Positions 22,826-34,690 of a stretch of DNA of 64,000 nucleotides are shown piece after piece. The notes under the pieces were generated by a model. It had not been told where the DNA came from. It did no database searches and was given only the letters and a program-made list of their open reading frames with translations. Position 1 is the first letter of the stretch; the number at the start of each line of letters is the position of its first letter. This stretch comes from Elsinoe ampelina (lineage: Eukaryota): contig ML992504.1 of assembly GCA_010093995.1 (NCBI GenBank), forward strand, positions 310,001 to 374,000. The letters run 5' to 3'. A program made the translations under genes and the position numbers.

Positions 22826-24814
22826 CTACTGCAACCTCACCCCCGCCACACCCCTCCTCCTCCCCTGCTCCCTCGCCACAATCCCCATACCCCTCTCCCC
22901 TCCTTCCTCCAACAAGCCCCTCCCCTCCCTCCTCTTCTCATCCTCAATCTTCTTCAACCTCTTCTCCTGCTTCCCCTTACCCGACCCCTTGCCATGGAAC
23001 TGATGACTCATATGCTTAAACGCCTCCTTCTGATTCATCTCCCTGCCAAACTCATCATGATACTCCAACTTGACATGGGGCCTGTAATTCCTGCTGAAGT
23101 GCTCCGCCTGCAGCCTGGCGAGGTACGCGTCGCGCCTCTCGTTCTCCTTGCGGGAATACTCCTGCCGCTGGACGTTGGTCATGTGGTTGAAGACGCCGCG
23201 CTCCCTGTCGCGCTCGCGGTCCGAGCGGGCCCTGGCGTCGAATTCTTGGATGAGGCGCCGGTTGGCCGCGAGGAATTCGGCGTGTTGCCGGTCGTGCGAC
23301 GAGCGTTTGGCGGATTCGAGCGAGGCGTCGTCGGCGATGAGCCCGCGTTTGCGGAGCATGGAGGCGACGGCGCCGAGGGAGGAGGTGGTTTCTTCGGCGT
23401 CGAGGCCGGTGGAGGTGTGGGGGGGGAGGTTGGTGGGGGTGGGGGAGCGGGAGGGGGGGACGATGGTGGCGTCTGGGTCGAGCGGGGTGGGGTCGGTCAT
23501 GGTGGTGTCGCGGTCGGGAGAGGGGTTGGGGTTGATGGCGGGAGTGGGGGAGCGGCGGCGAGTAGGGCGGGCGGTGTCGGAGTCGGATTCGTCGCGTTTG
23601 AGGTGGGAGACGAATTCGCGAGTCTCGTCGATGACTAGACCGGGCTCGCCGTCGGAGTCTTGGTTGGTAGGGTCTGGTTGCTCGGATGTTGAGCGGATCT
23701 GGCGGGCGAGCTCTGCCGCGTCGAGCTTCTTGCGTTTTTTGAGGGCCTGACGTCTCTGGAGGGCGAGTTGGGTCTGGAGATCCTCGTCGTCGATCTCCAC
23801 CTCGTGTCGCTTTGGAGCGCCATTGGTGTTTGTGGTAGAACCGTCGCCGAGATCCATTGCTGCGTCTCCGTTCTGTGGTACCGGAGCAGCATCGTCCTCA
23901 TCCACGTCTCTTTGTCTCGTAGTCCGTTGCTTTTTCGACTTCTTGGGCTTCTTGACTTTGGCTTCCTTGTATTCTGCGTAGTCGTTGACTGGTGTATCAT
24001 CCATGAGCTCGTCGAGACTGATCCTGATACCATTGCCTTGCCCAAGATCCATCTTCTCTTGCTGCTTCTGCCCACCTCCCTTCTCGTCCAGAGTGAATCG
24101 CTTCCTCTTCTTTCCTGTGATCTCTTCGTCATAGTGCCCCAAGATGGTTCGCTCGCCGCTCTCATTCACCTCATTCGGGTCATAGACTGGCTTCTTTTTC
24201 TTAAGCTCGAGCTTCTCCTGCAATTTTTCTTGCTCGACCAGCTCTGCGTTCTCAAGCTCGTCCTCGCCCTCATCGTCGCTGCCAATCTCAGCATCCTTGA
24301 GCGTCAAGATCTGTTCGCCATCTCCAAAGCCCTCGGCACTGTGTCCGACTCTGATCCCTGCCAGATCCTTGCTCGTGTAGTCCTGCTGTTTCGCCTTCTC
24401 TAAGCGTTCCCTTTCCTGCTCTGACAGCCGTTGCTTCTCGATCTTCTTTTGCCGCTTCTTCTGTCCGAGCAGCCAGCTCTTAGTATCCTGAGTCTCGCCA
24501 TCGTCCATGTCACCCAAACCTCGACCCTCTAGCTTGGCATACTGTGCTGCTCGATCACGTGCCTTCTTTGCAGCTTCCTTTCGTTTCTGCCGCTCAATTT
24601 TCTCCTGCCTTTCCGCCTCCAGCTTCTCCCAGTTGGATCCAGCTGCGGCGGAACGCTTGTCCAGTGTCGACGTGATGTCTTCGGGATCTGAGTCGACGGC
24701 GCCATTGCCTTCCTTGAACTGCAGCGAGCCAGAGTCGCCGCCCGGGGTGGGCAGGGGTGGCAGGCCCATGGCCGCCCGGATTTTGTTTGCATCTGCGATC
24801 GCTATGGCGTCCAT
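22826..24814 (-). CDS. SNU66: SART-1/Snu66 tri-snRNP protein
   Basis: HIND motif IADANKIRAAMGLPPL, ILTLKD..DELEN, DEFGREMNQKEAFKHMSHQFHGKGSGKGK. Confidence 0.94.
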   Translation of the reverse strand: MDAIAIADANKIRAAMGLPPLPTPGGDSGSLQFKEGNGAVDSDPEDITSTLDKRSAAAGSNWEKLEAERQEKIERQKRKEAAKKARDRAAQYAKLEGRGLGDMDDGETQDTKSWLLGQKKRQKKIEKQRLSEQERERLEKAKQQDYTSKDLAGIRVGHSAEGFGDGEQILTLKDAEIGSDDEGEDELENAELVEQEKLQEKLELKKKKPVYDPNEVNESGERTILGHYDEEITGKKRKRFTLDEKGGGQKQQEKMDLGQGNGIRISLDELMDDTPVNDYAEYKEAKVKKPKKSKKQRTTRQRDVDEDDAAPVPQNGDAAMDLGDGSTTNTNGAPKRHEVEIDDEDLQTQLALQRRQALKKRKKLDAAELARQIRSTSEQPDPTNQDSDGEPGLVIDETREFVSHLKRDESDSDTARPTRRRSPTPAINPNPSPDRDTTMTDPTPLDPDATIVPPSRSPTPTNLPPHTSTGLDAEETTSSLGAVASMLRKRGLIADDASLESAKRSSHDRQHAEFLAANRRLIQEFDARARSDRERDRERGVFNHMTNVQRQEYSRKENERRDAYLARLQAEHFSRNYRPHVKLEYHDEFGREMNQKEAFKHMSHQFHGKGSGKGKQEKRLKKIEDEKRREGRGLLEEGGERGMGIVAREQGRRRGVAGVRLQ

Positions 24815-25820
24815 CTCGAGGTCTTCACAGCACGTGCACAGTGTTGCGATCACAAAAAGGTGAACTTAAGCATCAACTTTTCGAGGTCGCGAGTCAGCCA
24901 ACGCTCGGCCGAAGATTCACCGAGCGATGCATAAACCCTTCAGAAAATTTCCAGCTTCATCTCTTTTCTATCACAGATCTGTGGTCCAGTGTTTTTTGGC
25001 CTTCACGGGCTCAGAAGACACTGCACCAGCCCGGCATTTGGAGCCTTTCATTCTCCACCATGAGATACCTCCCGTCGACAGATCTACGAAGGACCACCTC
25101 TTGCACTGGGATTATCCAGGGCAGTCTCCGTTCTTGTTTGAGTCGGATCTTTCACATCTCACCGTCCCACCGCCACCGAGAACGCCTAAAAGAATTCCTA
25201 GAGTCTCTTCGTGAGACTCGGAACTGCTCGGTGGACGCGGGCGGCAGAGGGGGAGTGACGATGAGAGGCGGAGATCTCTTGGGGGGTGGAAGCGTCATAT
25301 TCCTAGGCGTTCCCTAGACTCTGTGTCTATAAGGGTTGGGCAAAACCATGTCGCTTACATACAATCATTTCCTTGCTGTGGTCCTGAGGCAGATCCTTCC
25401 GCGTAAAAGTGTCCAACCAACGTCTGCTTTCTACACTGTGCCAGGCATCAAGCAACACCAAGGGTGCCAATTTCCTACCATCGATTCACGATCAGGTCAC
25501 CGCTTCAAGAAGTCCTGCCTGATTTCAATCAATCTGCACGACGCTTGTACAGTCTTGACGTCTTTGCTATTGGTCTTGTGCTGTACGCCGACCAATACCA
25601 GGCCGCCAAGCGATACGCGTGAAAGCGGGACCGCTACTTTCATTCAGTTGTGGACAGGTACCTTTGCTTCCTCAACTACTATATGCGAATCTTCAACCGG
25701 CAGTTGGATGTAGATGCCTACTCGGTATTTGCCAATGGTGAACATTTAAAAATGTGGTCGGTGCCACATATACCTCGATGTAGGTACAAGGATCAACGAC
25801 CAGAATCTCATCTTATCACA

Positions 25821-26839
25821 ATGTCCACTTATCGTTCCCTTGTTCATGGTTTGTCCTTGTTGACTCTTTCATGTGCATGTACCCTGCCTGCTTCGCAACA
25901 TACCATCTCAGCCAGAGCTGCAGGTGTCCAGTGGACTCCATGTCCCGACTTCAACCAGACAGGGGGCCTGCCCATCGAGTGTGGCAGTCTCGCTGTTCCA
26001 CTTGACTATACCGACATCTCCAACAACACCACAGTCACTTTACAACTACGCAAAGTAGCCGCCACAAATGGTCCTGCTCGTGGTAGTATCCTGCTCAATT
26101 ACGGCAGCCCCGGCTACAACGGTATCGACACTCTTGCAGCAGTAGGCGCACTGGAGCAAACATATCATCCCCGAATTCTCCGCGAGATAGTAGCTAACCA
26201 CTCACAGCCTTGTCCGGCGGAGTCTATGACCTCGTCCTTGTCGTGCCTCATCCAAGCCCTCATCTCCACCCCCCCTCCCCCCACCGACGAAGCCGTCTTC
26301 GCCATCCGCTGCTCCGACAAGACATTCCGCTCCACCAACCCCGCCTCCATCCTCCCCGCCATCGCCGCCCGCACCAACGCGAGCTACTTCGGGGACAACG
26401 ACTACAACGTGGCGTCGTGCGCGAGGTGGAAAGTCGAGGCCAAGGGGAGGTACGGGGGTGATTTCAGGGTGGGGACGAAGGAGGGGGTGTTGCTTGTGGG
26501 CAACAGGGGGGATCCGGCGACGCCGGTCAGGAATGGAGGGGTGGTGGGGGGGAGGGTGCGGGGGAGTGCGGGGTTGGTGTAGGAGGGGTTGGGGGTGAGT
26601 TCTGATTTCTTAAGTCGTGGGGGAGAGGCGAGTGTGCTGGTGGGGAGGAGGGCGTGGGCTGACGGGCGTAGCATACTACTCTTGCGCAAGGGTCGCGGTG
26701 TACGGCGCTGGCGCTGAGGGCGTATTGGGTGGGTGGCACTTTGCCGGCTCCTGGGGCGGTGTGTCCTGTTGACGTTGATGTGTGGGCGGGCATGACGGGG
26801 TGGGATGTTGTGGCTGCTGAGATTGAGGCAGGGAAGTAG
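25821..26839 (+). pseudogene. Secreted TAP-like alpha/beta hydrolase (peptidase S33) pseudogene with large internal deletion
   Basis: Signal peptide, W.PC, ECGSLAVPLDY, LNYGSPG, YDLV, then an abrupt jump to AIRCSD, LLVGNRGDPATP and GH..C. Catalytic GxSYG region absent; in-frame TAG at ~26580; damaged 5' splice site. Confidence 0.75.
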
Positions 26840-27702
26840 GACCGCTTATCGTTTACAATGGTCAGTCCAGGAATCGGGTGATGTTGGGGGTTTTTGTGAA
26901 CTCGAGATCTGAGCATGAAGCTCCGAGCACGAGAACGCATGGTTGTTACGACGACAGGAGGATCCCGGAAGGTATACAGCAGTGAACATGAGAGCTAGAA
27001 AAGTCGAAAACACGAAAACAATGATATGTCAAGGTAGTGAGGAAATGTCTGTACATACCGAGTCTCAACTCACTCTGTTCAAAGCACGAGATACACATCC
27101 CACGTGACCATCTCTCGGCCGCATTCATCTCGTACCGATCATTGCTACCGGGACAATACCTCCGATCCATGCCTGCCGCACAGTCAAAAAGAACAAGGCC
27201 GAGAGGAGAGGAGGTCAGGGATAAAAACCCGTTGACCCGAGCAAATCCTTCCATCTCCACCCGTGTGGGTCTCGCTCCGAGCCAAAGCCTCAACAAACGG
27301 GCCCGGCCAGATCCCGGTCAGGAACAAAGTCGTCAGCTACCCACTAGTCAATGCCATCCCCGTCCTCACAAGTATAGCCAGTCAGTCACGTCCAAGAAGC
27401 AGTGCAAATAGCAACCAAGTGTAGTAAAACCCAGTCATTGGCCTCACGGCCATCTATCTACCCTATTTATAGTATCGAACTAATCCCCCCCCCCATCTTC
27501 ATCCCATCAAGTCTATACCAAGCTAGACATTACCCCTTCCCTTTACCCTCCATCCAGCCTTGACCCTAGCAAGGACCCGTGTGCGTGCGTGTCGAGAGAG
27601 AGAAAAAAAGCCATGATAGTAGTAGTAGTCATTACAACCTCATCCCTAACCATCCCCCATCCTCATGAACAAACATCAGAAGAAGAAGCAGCCATCAGGC
27701 AT

Positions 27703-28714
27703 CTACAACATCGCCAGCGCAACGACACCAGCGACAAGACCGTACAGCTCACCCCTCAACGTCGGCGCCGCAGCACCAGTGAAGCTGCTCGCGGGCACAT
27801 TACCCGCAGTCGTGGCCGGGCTGGTCGCCGCCGTCGGGGTCCTGGTCGCGATCGTCGTGCCGTTCGTCGGGGCCTGGATCTGACCGTCCGAGATCTGGCT
27901 GACGCGCCCAGTGGGGGCCTGCACCGCCGGCGTGGCAGGGCTGGAGGGGGCGGGAGTCACGCTCGCGGCGGCGGCGCTACCGGAAGGACCAGGGGCTTGG
28001 ATCTGGCCGTCGCCGATCTGGGTGATTGCGGGCCCGGTGACGCGAGGGGCGGAGATCTGGCCGTCTGTGAACTCTGCGACGGGGGTGGCGGTGGTGACGC
28101 AGGTGTCTTGCTGGATCTGGCCGTCGCCGATTTGGCAGATGATGGTGTGGGCGCCGGCGGTGACAGAGGCGGCCTTCTGGGCGGCTTGACCTGTGCCGGT
28201 TGGGGAGGAGGAGCCGAGGGCGACGAGGTAGATGGGGGAGCATTGTGCGGCGGTGTTCTCGTCGTAGAGGTTATAGAAGGTGCCGGACAGGCATTGGTAG
28301 AAGATGGCAGAGTTGCCGAGGGCGAGCGAGCCGTTCTGGCAAACGGACCAGCCGGCGGTGTAGATGGCGCCGGCTTGGGCGGGGCCGTCGAATTGGAATT
28401 GGTTGTTGGAGGCGATGTAGCCGGTGCGCTTCTGGGCGTCGAGGAGGACACCGTCCTTGAGGGTAATCTCGAGAGGAACGGACTGGCGCTGGGAAGGGTT
28501 AGGCATCGTCAAGTGGAGGGTGAGTTAGCAGACTGACCTTCTCGATGGATCGCTTCTTGGAGCCAATGGCTTGGACGGTCACCTGGAAGACACCATTGTA
28601 GTTGGCGCTGCAGCCGGCGGGAGTCTCCTCCTGAGGGGCGATGGCAGAAGTGACAGCCTGGGGAGCGGCGGTGACGCCAGCGACGAGCGCGGCGATGAAT
28701 ACAGCAGCCTTCAT
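27703..28714 (-). CDS. PIR-repeat cell-wall mannoprotein with probable GPI signal (intron 28489-28537)
   Basis: Signal peptide MKAAVFIAALV, KR processing site, GYIASNNQFQFDGP.QAGAIYTAGWSVC..FYQCLSG.FYNLY, QIGDGQIQ/QISDGQIQ repeats, hydrophobic C-terminus. Confidence 0.92.
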
Positions 28715-30705
28715 TTTGGATGTAGTGTGCGTGTGACCTGGCTTGGTATGATAAGGATTATCGGAATGTGGCGGTTGAGGTAGCTGGTTGACGTCGGATA
28801 GCGAGAGTGTGTAGTGGGTGTTGTTATCAAAACGATGGTGATAGAGTAATACCGGTCTAGTATGTACTCTGTTTGGTTGATTATTAGAAGAGTGGGATGA
28901 GAGAAGAAAAGAGGTGACCAGGTATGCGGATGGGGTTAATAAATACGGCAAGGGGTTGAGGAATGCTGAATGCTGGAAGCCGGCCACCTCTGCGAGAGTC
29001 TGGCACTAGCTGCGGGCTTGATGCAGGCTCGATGCAGGCTTTCTCAGCGGGCATGCATGAATGGCGCTTGGGCATTTGGCCCGGTGGTCAGGGGAGAGGG
29101 GAGGGGGCCTTTGGGTCGCGGCTCGACTGGACGAGCGAAATCTAATCGACGGCCCCCCAGTAATGATACCGCAACGGCGGGTATGCATCGAGGCCATTGG
29201 AGGGACGGGCGGGCCCATGGTTGATCTCTCTGACCTCTATGGCTTGTTGTTGTTATCTCTCACGCGGTCCAACGGTCTCCGTCTGTTGTGGCGTCTCGAA
29301 GACAAAGACCGCGACTGTTTATCCACGACGTTTGCCGGGCTGTTTGACGGCACTCCTGCAATCAATTGACAGACCCGGAGAGCAGAAAGCAAGGAATATT
29401 CTCCTTGGTCAAGGACAATCTCGTTTGGTAGCACGGCAGACGGGTGTGTTCCGGGATCAGAGTCTTCTGGCGAGACGCATACTACTGCAGAGTTTGCGTC
29501 GTCGTCCAGTCAGAGTCGGCGGCACATGGAGATTGACAGCATCATGGTTGTGTAATGACAGCCACGCCCGCCGTGTCGTCGGCGATCCTGATGCGGCTCT
29601 TGTCTCGAATTGCGCCAACCCTGCCCTGCCGAGCTGTCGACCGCATGCACTCCAAGCCTCTTTGGGACGACGGCGTCCAGGTACATTGCTGGAAAGTGGA
29701 TAGAGGTGGTGGGGTTGGTCACGATTCATTGGAAGCAAGAGCATGTTTTTCTCGTCCGTCGATAAATCCTGTTGAGCCTGACCAGGATCAAGATTTTTTG
29801 TCAAGCTCACCCGCACGTCTCGGATCGTGAGATCCATCTTTCTCCCACCTCTTTCGTCAGCTGCTGGCGTGGACTTGCCTCTTCCGTACCAGAGCTGGCC
29901 AAAAACTCTACTTCAACCTCGTGTGGCTGTAGCTGTGACGGCTGGGTGAGGTCTCCAAGTTGCAGTCATCGCCGCGGAAGCTGCTCTGCATCGCATAGTT
30001 GCTCATTATTCACTTGCCTCGCTTTGTCATTAAACGGTCGCTCGAGCATGCCTGTCCCTGAATTTCTCGTGTGCGAGCCAGACTGAATAGCCAAGAAGAT
30101 TCACCGTTTTCACTCTCCCCCTCTCTCCCCTGACGGATCTTGCCCTGTCTGTCGGAACTTCCGGACAGGCTCAACGCAAGACGCGCAACGACGTGCGAGG
30201 ACGTGCAGCCTTCTGTTCTGGCAACCTTCCTCTTCGGATCCTGTCGCCGGGCCATGCGGCATGGGAAGCTAGCTGTCCATAGTTTGGTTATTCAGAGACA
30301 TGGTACGAATGCATCTACGCATGGCTGGGAGACGACATGTACATCCGACACGGCAGAGACATGCAAGGGTGTATTTGGATTCATCTTCTCATTGGGTTTG
30401 AGCTTGCTATAATCTAGCCATGCCATTGTCCCGTGCGGGGAGTCTGAAAAGCCATGCATCTGTCATCTGATGCTATCGTACGCCGGTTTCCCACGAACGC
30501 CCATGATCCATTCTCCATGAAGCCATGTACCCACAAACAAAAGAATCAACTCGCTTGAACGCTCATCATCGACTGCGTGTGCAGCTCTTGTCATGCCTTT
30601 TTGCCTTTTGTCTACCTTTGATGCCATGCTGCGAAACCTTTGGAAGGTGAGCCGAAATTTGCTCAAACCAACAAAGCAAACCCATTCGCAATGTAGGTGG
30701 CTGGT

Positions 30706-32403
30706 TTACTGTCCGTAAGCACCGGCCTGGTGGGCAACAGGAAGTGCGTATTCCTTCTTGCCAAACTGGCTGACGGGAGCAGTCTTTGGACGGCCAAAAT
30801 CGTCAACTTGAGGGTAGCGCGCCCTGAGCTCGAGGTCGTCAAGGTCCATGTGGGAGCGGATATACTTGTCCTGAGAGTTGTCGGGCACTCTGTAGTCCCA
30901 AGACTCCCAGCGACCTTGCTTGAGAGATGCAGCCACGAAGCGGCGGCGGCGCTGCTGGGCAAGCACGTCGGCAGTAATCTTCTCATGGTCCCATCGAGCC
31001 TCGGCCTCCTGCTCGAACGCCTTGAAAATAGCCTGGTCTTCTGGGTCGGTCGACTTGGTCAGATTCTTCAACTCCTTCGGATCGCGGTTGAGGTTGAAGA
31101 GCATGGGAGGATCGACGTGGCAGCGAATATACTTCCAAGGGCCGCGACGGATCATGAAGAGAGGGGCAATGGTACCCTCTCCCATATACTCGGCGATGAC
31201 GGTGTCATGACCGGGCAATCCCTTCAGGTGAGGAAGCATGGAGACGCCGTCCATGGGAAGACCAGGAATGAGCTTTGTCGAAGTGAGATCGACCAATGTG
31301 GGGAGAATGTCCAGAGTAGACACGTTCTGAGAAACGCGGTGTGGGTAGTAAGTCTGGGGGTGGCTGATGAGGAGGGGTACACGGACAGAGCCCTCAAAGT
31401 AGGACATCTTGTACCACAAGTCGCGCTCGCCGAGCATATCACCGTGGTCGCCAGAGAACATGATGATGGTGTCATCCCTCAATCCACACTTGTCGAGGAC
31501 CTCGAGGAGCTGCCCAATGCAGTCGTCGACGTACGACACCGCTCCGTAGTATGCACGGCGGGCCTGCTTGATCTGAGCATCGGTGAATTCGTGGCCCTCT
31601 AGCTCGCAGACATGGCGGAGGCGCTTGCTGTGCGGATCCTGCTCCTCAGGCTTGAGGCGGACATCAGGGAGAGCAATGTCAACGTCCTCGTACAAATCCC
31701 AGTACTTCTGCTCAATGCAGTACGGGTCGTGGGGGTGGGTGAGAGACACTGTCAAGGCGAATGGGCGAGCGTCCTTACCCTTGCGGACATGGTCGTAAAG
31801 GTATTGCTTGCTCTTGTACATGACCTCTTCGTCGTAGTCGAGCTGGTTGCTCCTGACGCAGACACCGGCCTGAAGGATGGAGCTGCTGTTGTGGTACCAC
31901 TCGAGGCGAGTATCCGGCTCATCCCAGTTCACCGCCCAGCCAAAGTCACCTGGGTAGATGTCTGCGGTAAGACGAGTCTCGTAACCGTGAAGTTGGTCGC
32001 CGATAAAGTGCATCTTGCCGGCAAGTGCTGTCTCGTAGCCCGCGGCACGCAGGTAATGAGCGTATGTGGGAGTATCAGAGGAGATCTGACTGGCGTTGTC
32101 GTACGAGCCGATCTTGGATGGGAGCTGTCCAGTAATCATGGCCATGCGGGAAGGAGCGCAGAGGGGAGAGTTGCAGTATGCAGACTCAAAGACGACCGAC
32201 TTCTCGGCAAGCTTATCGAGGTTGGGAGTCTTGATCTGGGAGTTCTTGTTGTACATCTTGAGGAGGGGAGCAGCCAGCTGGTCCGCCATGATGTAAAGGA
32301 TGTTCTTCTGCGTCGGGAAGAGGGGTGTAGAGAAGCCATTCTGGCCGATGTATCCTGTGGGAGGGGAGATTGGTGGGCTCTCCGGCATGCGAACTGGAGC
32401 CAT
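30706..32403 (-). CDS. Choline sulfatase (BetC-like)
   Basis: NILYIMADQ, SPLCAPSR sulfatase motif, GKMHFIG, SLTHPHDPY, DHGDMLGER..WYKM, C-terminal YIRSHMDLDDLE..AR.P. Confidence 0.93.
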   Translation of the reverse strand: MAPVRMPESPPISPPTGYIGQNGFSTPLFPTQKNILYIMADQLAAPLLKMYNKNSQIKTPNLDKLAEKSVVFESAYCNSPLCAPSRMAMITGQLPSKIGSYDNASQISSDTPTYAHYLRAAGYETALAGKMHFIGDQLHGYETRLTADIYPGDFGWAVNWDEPDTRLEWYHNSSSILQAGVCVRSNQLDYDEEVMYKSKQYLYDHVRKGKDARPFALTVSLTHPHDPYCIEQKYWDLYEDVDIALPDVRLKPEEQDPHSKRLRHVCELEGHEFTDAQIKQARRAYYGAVSYVDDCIGQLLEVLDKCGLRDDTIIMFSGDHGDMLGERDLWYKMSYFEGSVRVPLLISHPQTYYPHRVSQNVSTLDILPTLVDLTSTKLIPGLPMDGVSMLPHLKGLPGHDTVIAEYMGEGTIAPLFMIRRGPWKYIRCHVDPPMLFNLNRDPKELKNLTKSTDPEDQAIFKAFEQEAEARWDHEKITADVLAQQRRRRFVAASLKQGRWESWDYRVPDNSQDKYIRSHMDLDDLELRARYPQVDDFGRPKTAPVSQFGKKEYALPVAHQAGAYGQ

Positions 32404-33436
32404 TGTGATTGTGAGGTTGCTGTTTCAGCTGATGTGCTGAAGATGTCTTTTGAGGATGAGGTTGAGTTGCGGTGAGCGTCGCAGAATCTGATCGATCTCG
32501 AAAAAGAGAGACTGCTGTCACTGAGGAATGTCGTATTATAAATCAGTGACGGTGGATGTGAGTTGATCAGATAAGGTCAGCTTGGAAGAAACAAACGATC
32601 AGGGAAGTGCGCGGAAGGAAGGCTTTATGATCAAACTCTGACTCTCGAGGCAACAGCAATGACCGAAGATGCAGGAGTTCACCGCTGCAATTACCTGGGC
32701 TGATGCAAACTTGAGGGAGGTTAAGGGACAGCCGAGCACGCGATCGCATCCCCAGATTCAAGGGCACGGATTACATTTCGATCGGTTTCTCATATCACGC
32801 CTTTGTGAGCCAATCAGAGTCGTCGTTCGTGCGAAGGCGCCATCGTTGGAGAGACTCTGGAAGGGCAAAACGTCCCAGAGCGCCGTTGTCGATGAGAGAT
32901 GAAGATGATCAAACGGTCATGGACGAGCCGCGTCAATCAAACAACCAAAGAGGTGACAATGCACGCCCATCGCAATCCCCGCCATATGTCATGGGTCCAA
33001 CAATGGAAACAAGGCATGGATGGAGTCGAGAGCGGATGCAAGACCCCATACCACACAGATGTCAACCAAATTTTGAACAATGGCATCTTTCTGTCCTACG
33101 ATGAAGTTCACTTTCGATGCAGGCTAGACGCAGATCTAGGCGATGGCGCCGTCTTCGGTGTGTCTTCTGCTGCAGGTTCCTTGCATAACAGGAGCCGGCC
33201 TGGACGCGGGGAAGCACCATCAAGGACTAGCCTCATCGGCCCTCGGGATCACTTAACCACTTTTGTCAAGTCTGCATGTGATTTTCTCTGCACAGCGAGC
33301 TTCGTGCTGTAGGGCTTGCTTGGTATCCAAAACGTTCGCTCACGAGCTGCGGAACAGTTTGACTACAAATATCCTCCTGTCCTTGGCGACACCCACATCT
33401 CATCTGGACTGCTCCACACACGGAACGACGCCCGTC

Positions 33437-34084
33437 ATGCCCTCGTCGGCCGTGGAGAAGCCACCGCCGTCGGTTTGGGCTGTTGCATTCGCTACAGCGA
33501 TCATCACGGGCCTGGCAGGCTATTTTCTGGGGCAGGCATCGAGCATTGGTATTTTCGGTGGCACATCGTCACGGCCTGCTCGCAAGGCGAAAGAGTCGGA
33601 CTCGGAATCGTCTGATCTGGAAGACGATGAGGATCGCCAGGACGAGCTCATGGGGTTCTCCGAAAAGAATGAGCCTTGCAAGCTCGTGCTTGTTGTCAGG
33701 ACTGATTTGGGCATGACCAAAGGTATGTCGTGCTTGTGCACAGAGCAAGGCCATGCAGAGCTGATTCAACGTCCAGGCAAGATAGCTGCACAATGCGGGC
33801 ACGCGACTCTGGCTTGCTACAAGACACTCCTCAATGACTCTTCAGCATCGACGATTCTACAACGGTGGGAGAGATATGGCCAGGCAAAGATCGCGGTCCA
33901 GGTCAAGAGCGAGGAAGAGCTGGAGATCCTGCAGGCGCAGGCGGTCAGCCTGGGTATTTGTGCGAGGATAATACATGATGCTGGTCGGACACAGATTGCA
34001 AGCGGAAGCGCGACCGTTCTGGGCGTAGGTCCAGCACCGGAGAGTATGGTCAATCAGGTCACAGGAGGCTTGAAGCTGTTATGA
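33437..34084 (+). CDS. PTH2: Peptidyl-tRNA hydrolase 2 (intron 33723-33776)
   Basis: N-terminal TM helix, KLVLVVRTDLGMTK|GKIAAQCGHA, GQAKIA, DAGRTQIASGSATVLG.GP, VTGGLKLL. Confidence 0.95.
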   Translation: MPSSAVEKPPPSVWAVAFATAIITGLAGYFLGQASSIGIFGGTSSRPARKAKESDSESSDLEDDEDRQDELMGFSEKNEPCKLVLVVRTDLGMTKGMSCLCTEQGHAELIQRPGKIAAQCGHATLACYKTLLNDSSASTILQRWERYGQAKIAVQVKSEEELEILQAQAVSLGICARIIHDAGRTQIASGSATVLGVGPAPESMVNQVTGGLKLL

Positions 34085-34279
34085 GGAACGCATTGCATTT
34101 GATGAAAGGCTATACGAAGACCACGACTGTAGAATATAAAGAGAGCGGAGACCGTGATGCAATCCGGCCAGAAATTACGAACGAGTGACACAAATCGAAT
34201 CAAAGCATTTCATATCCTGGTCAGAATATTAGCGGTTGTCTCCAATAGTATAAGTGACAGTTCTGATGTGATTGAGGTG

Positions 34280-34383
34280 TAGTCAGACATCCAAGGAAGA
34301 TTGCACGCTCATCGTCCGTCTATAAAGGTTCTTTGGCGACGGCTAGCGAGAAAACTGCGAATGTGGTATGGTTTCATCAGGTG
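34280..34383 (-). ncRNA. SNR128: U14 (snR128) box C/D snoRNA, in intron 34217-34421
   Basis: Box C TGATGA (34374-34379), domain A ACATTCGCAGTTT, domain B CTTCCTTGGATGT plus box D CTGA (34283-34286), matching recalled U14 conserved elements. Confidence 0.9.
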
Positions 34384-34576
34384 GAGGGGAGAGTGGATGA
34401 AAGAGATGTTTGCTGACTTACACGATGGAGGACAAGCGTAGACATGTCCTAGAATATCACGTCAGAGAGGTCGGTCCGAGGTCTGATCAGGCCCCCGACG
34501 GCGTAATAATTCCTATTCGTGAAGTCAGCGGAAAGTTCGCGCAATCCATGACTGCGAGCAGATCGGTGAAGGCAGG

Positions 34577-34690
34577 TGATCAGTAGGAAGTTACTGGCTA
34601 GTATACAGACAGCTTTGGGCTGTCCGAAAGTGTGTCGTCAAGGTCGAGTCTGACGGGAAAAGAAGACAATTTAATGTGATTTCATCGTTT
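34577..34690 (-). ncRNA. SNR190: snR190 box C/D snoRNA homolog, in intron 34513-34723
   Basis: C-like CGATGA (34682-34687), TCTTCTTTTCCCGTCAGACTCGACCTTGACGACA similar to the recalled yeast snR190 5' part, GCCAGT then box D CTGA (34580-34583). Directly upstream of U14, as in yeast. Confidence 0.8.
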
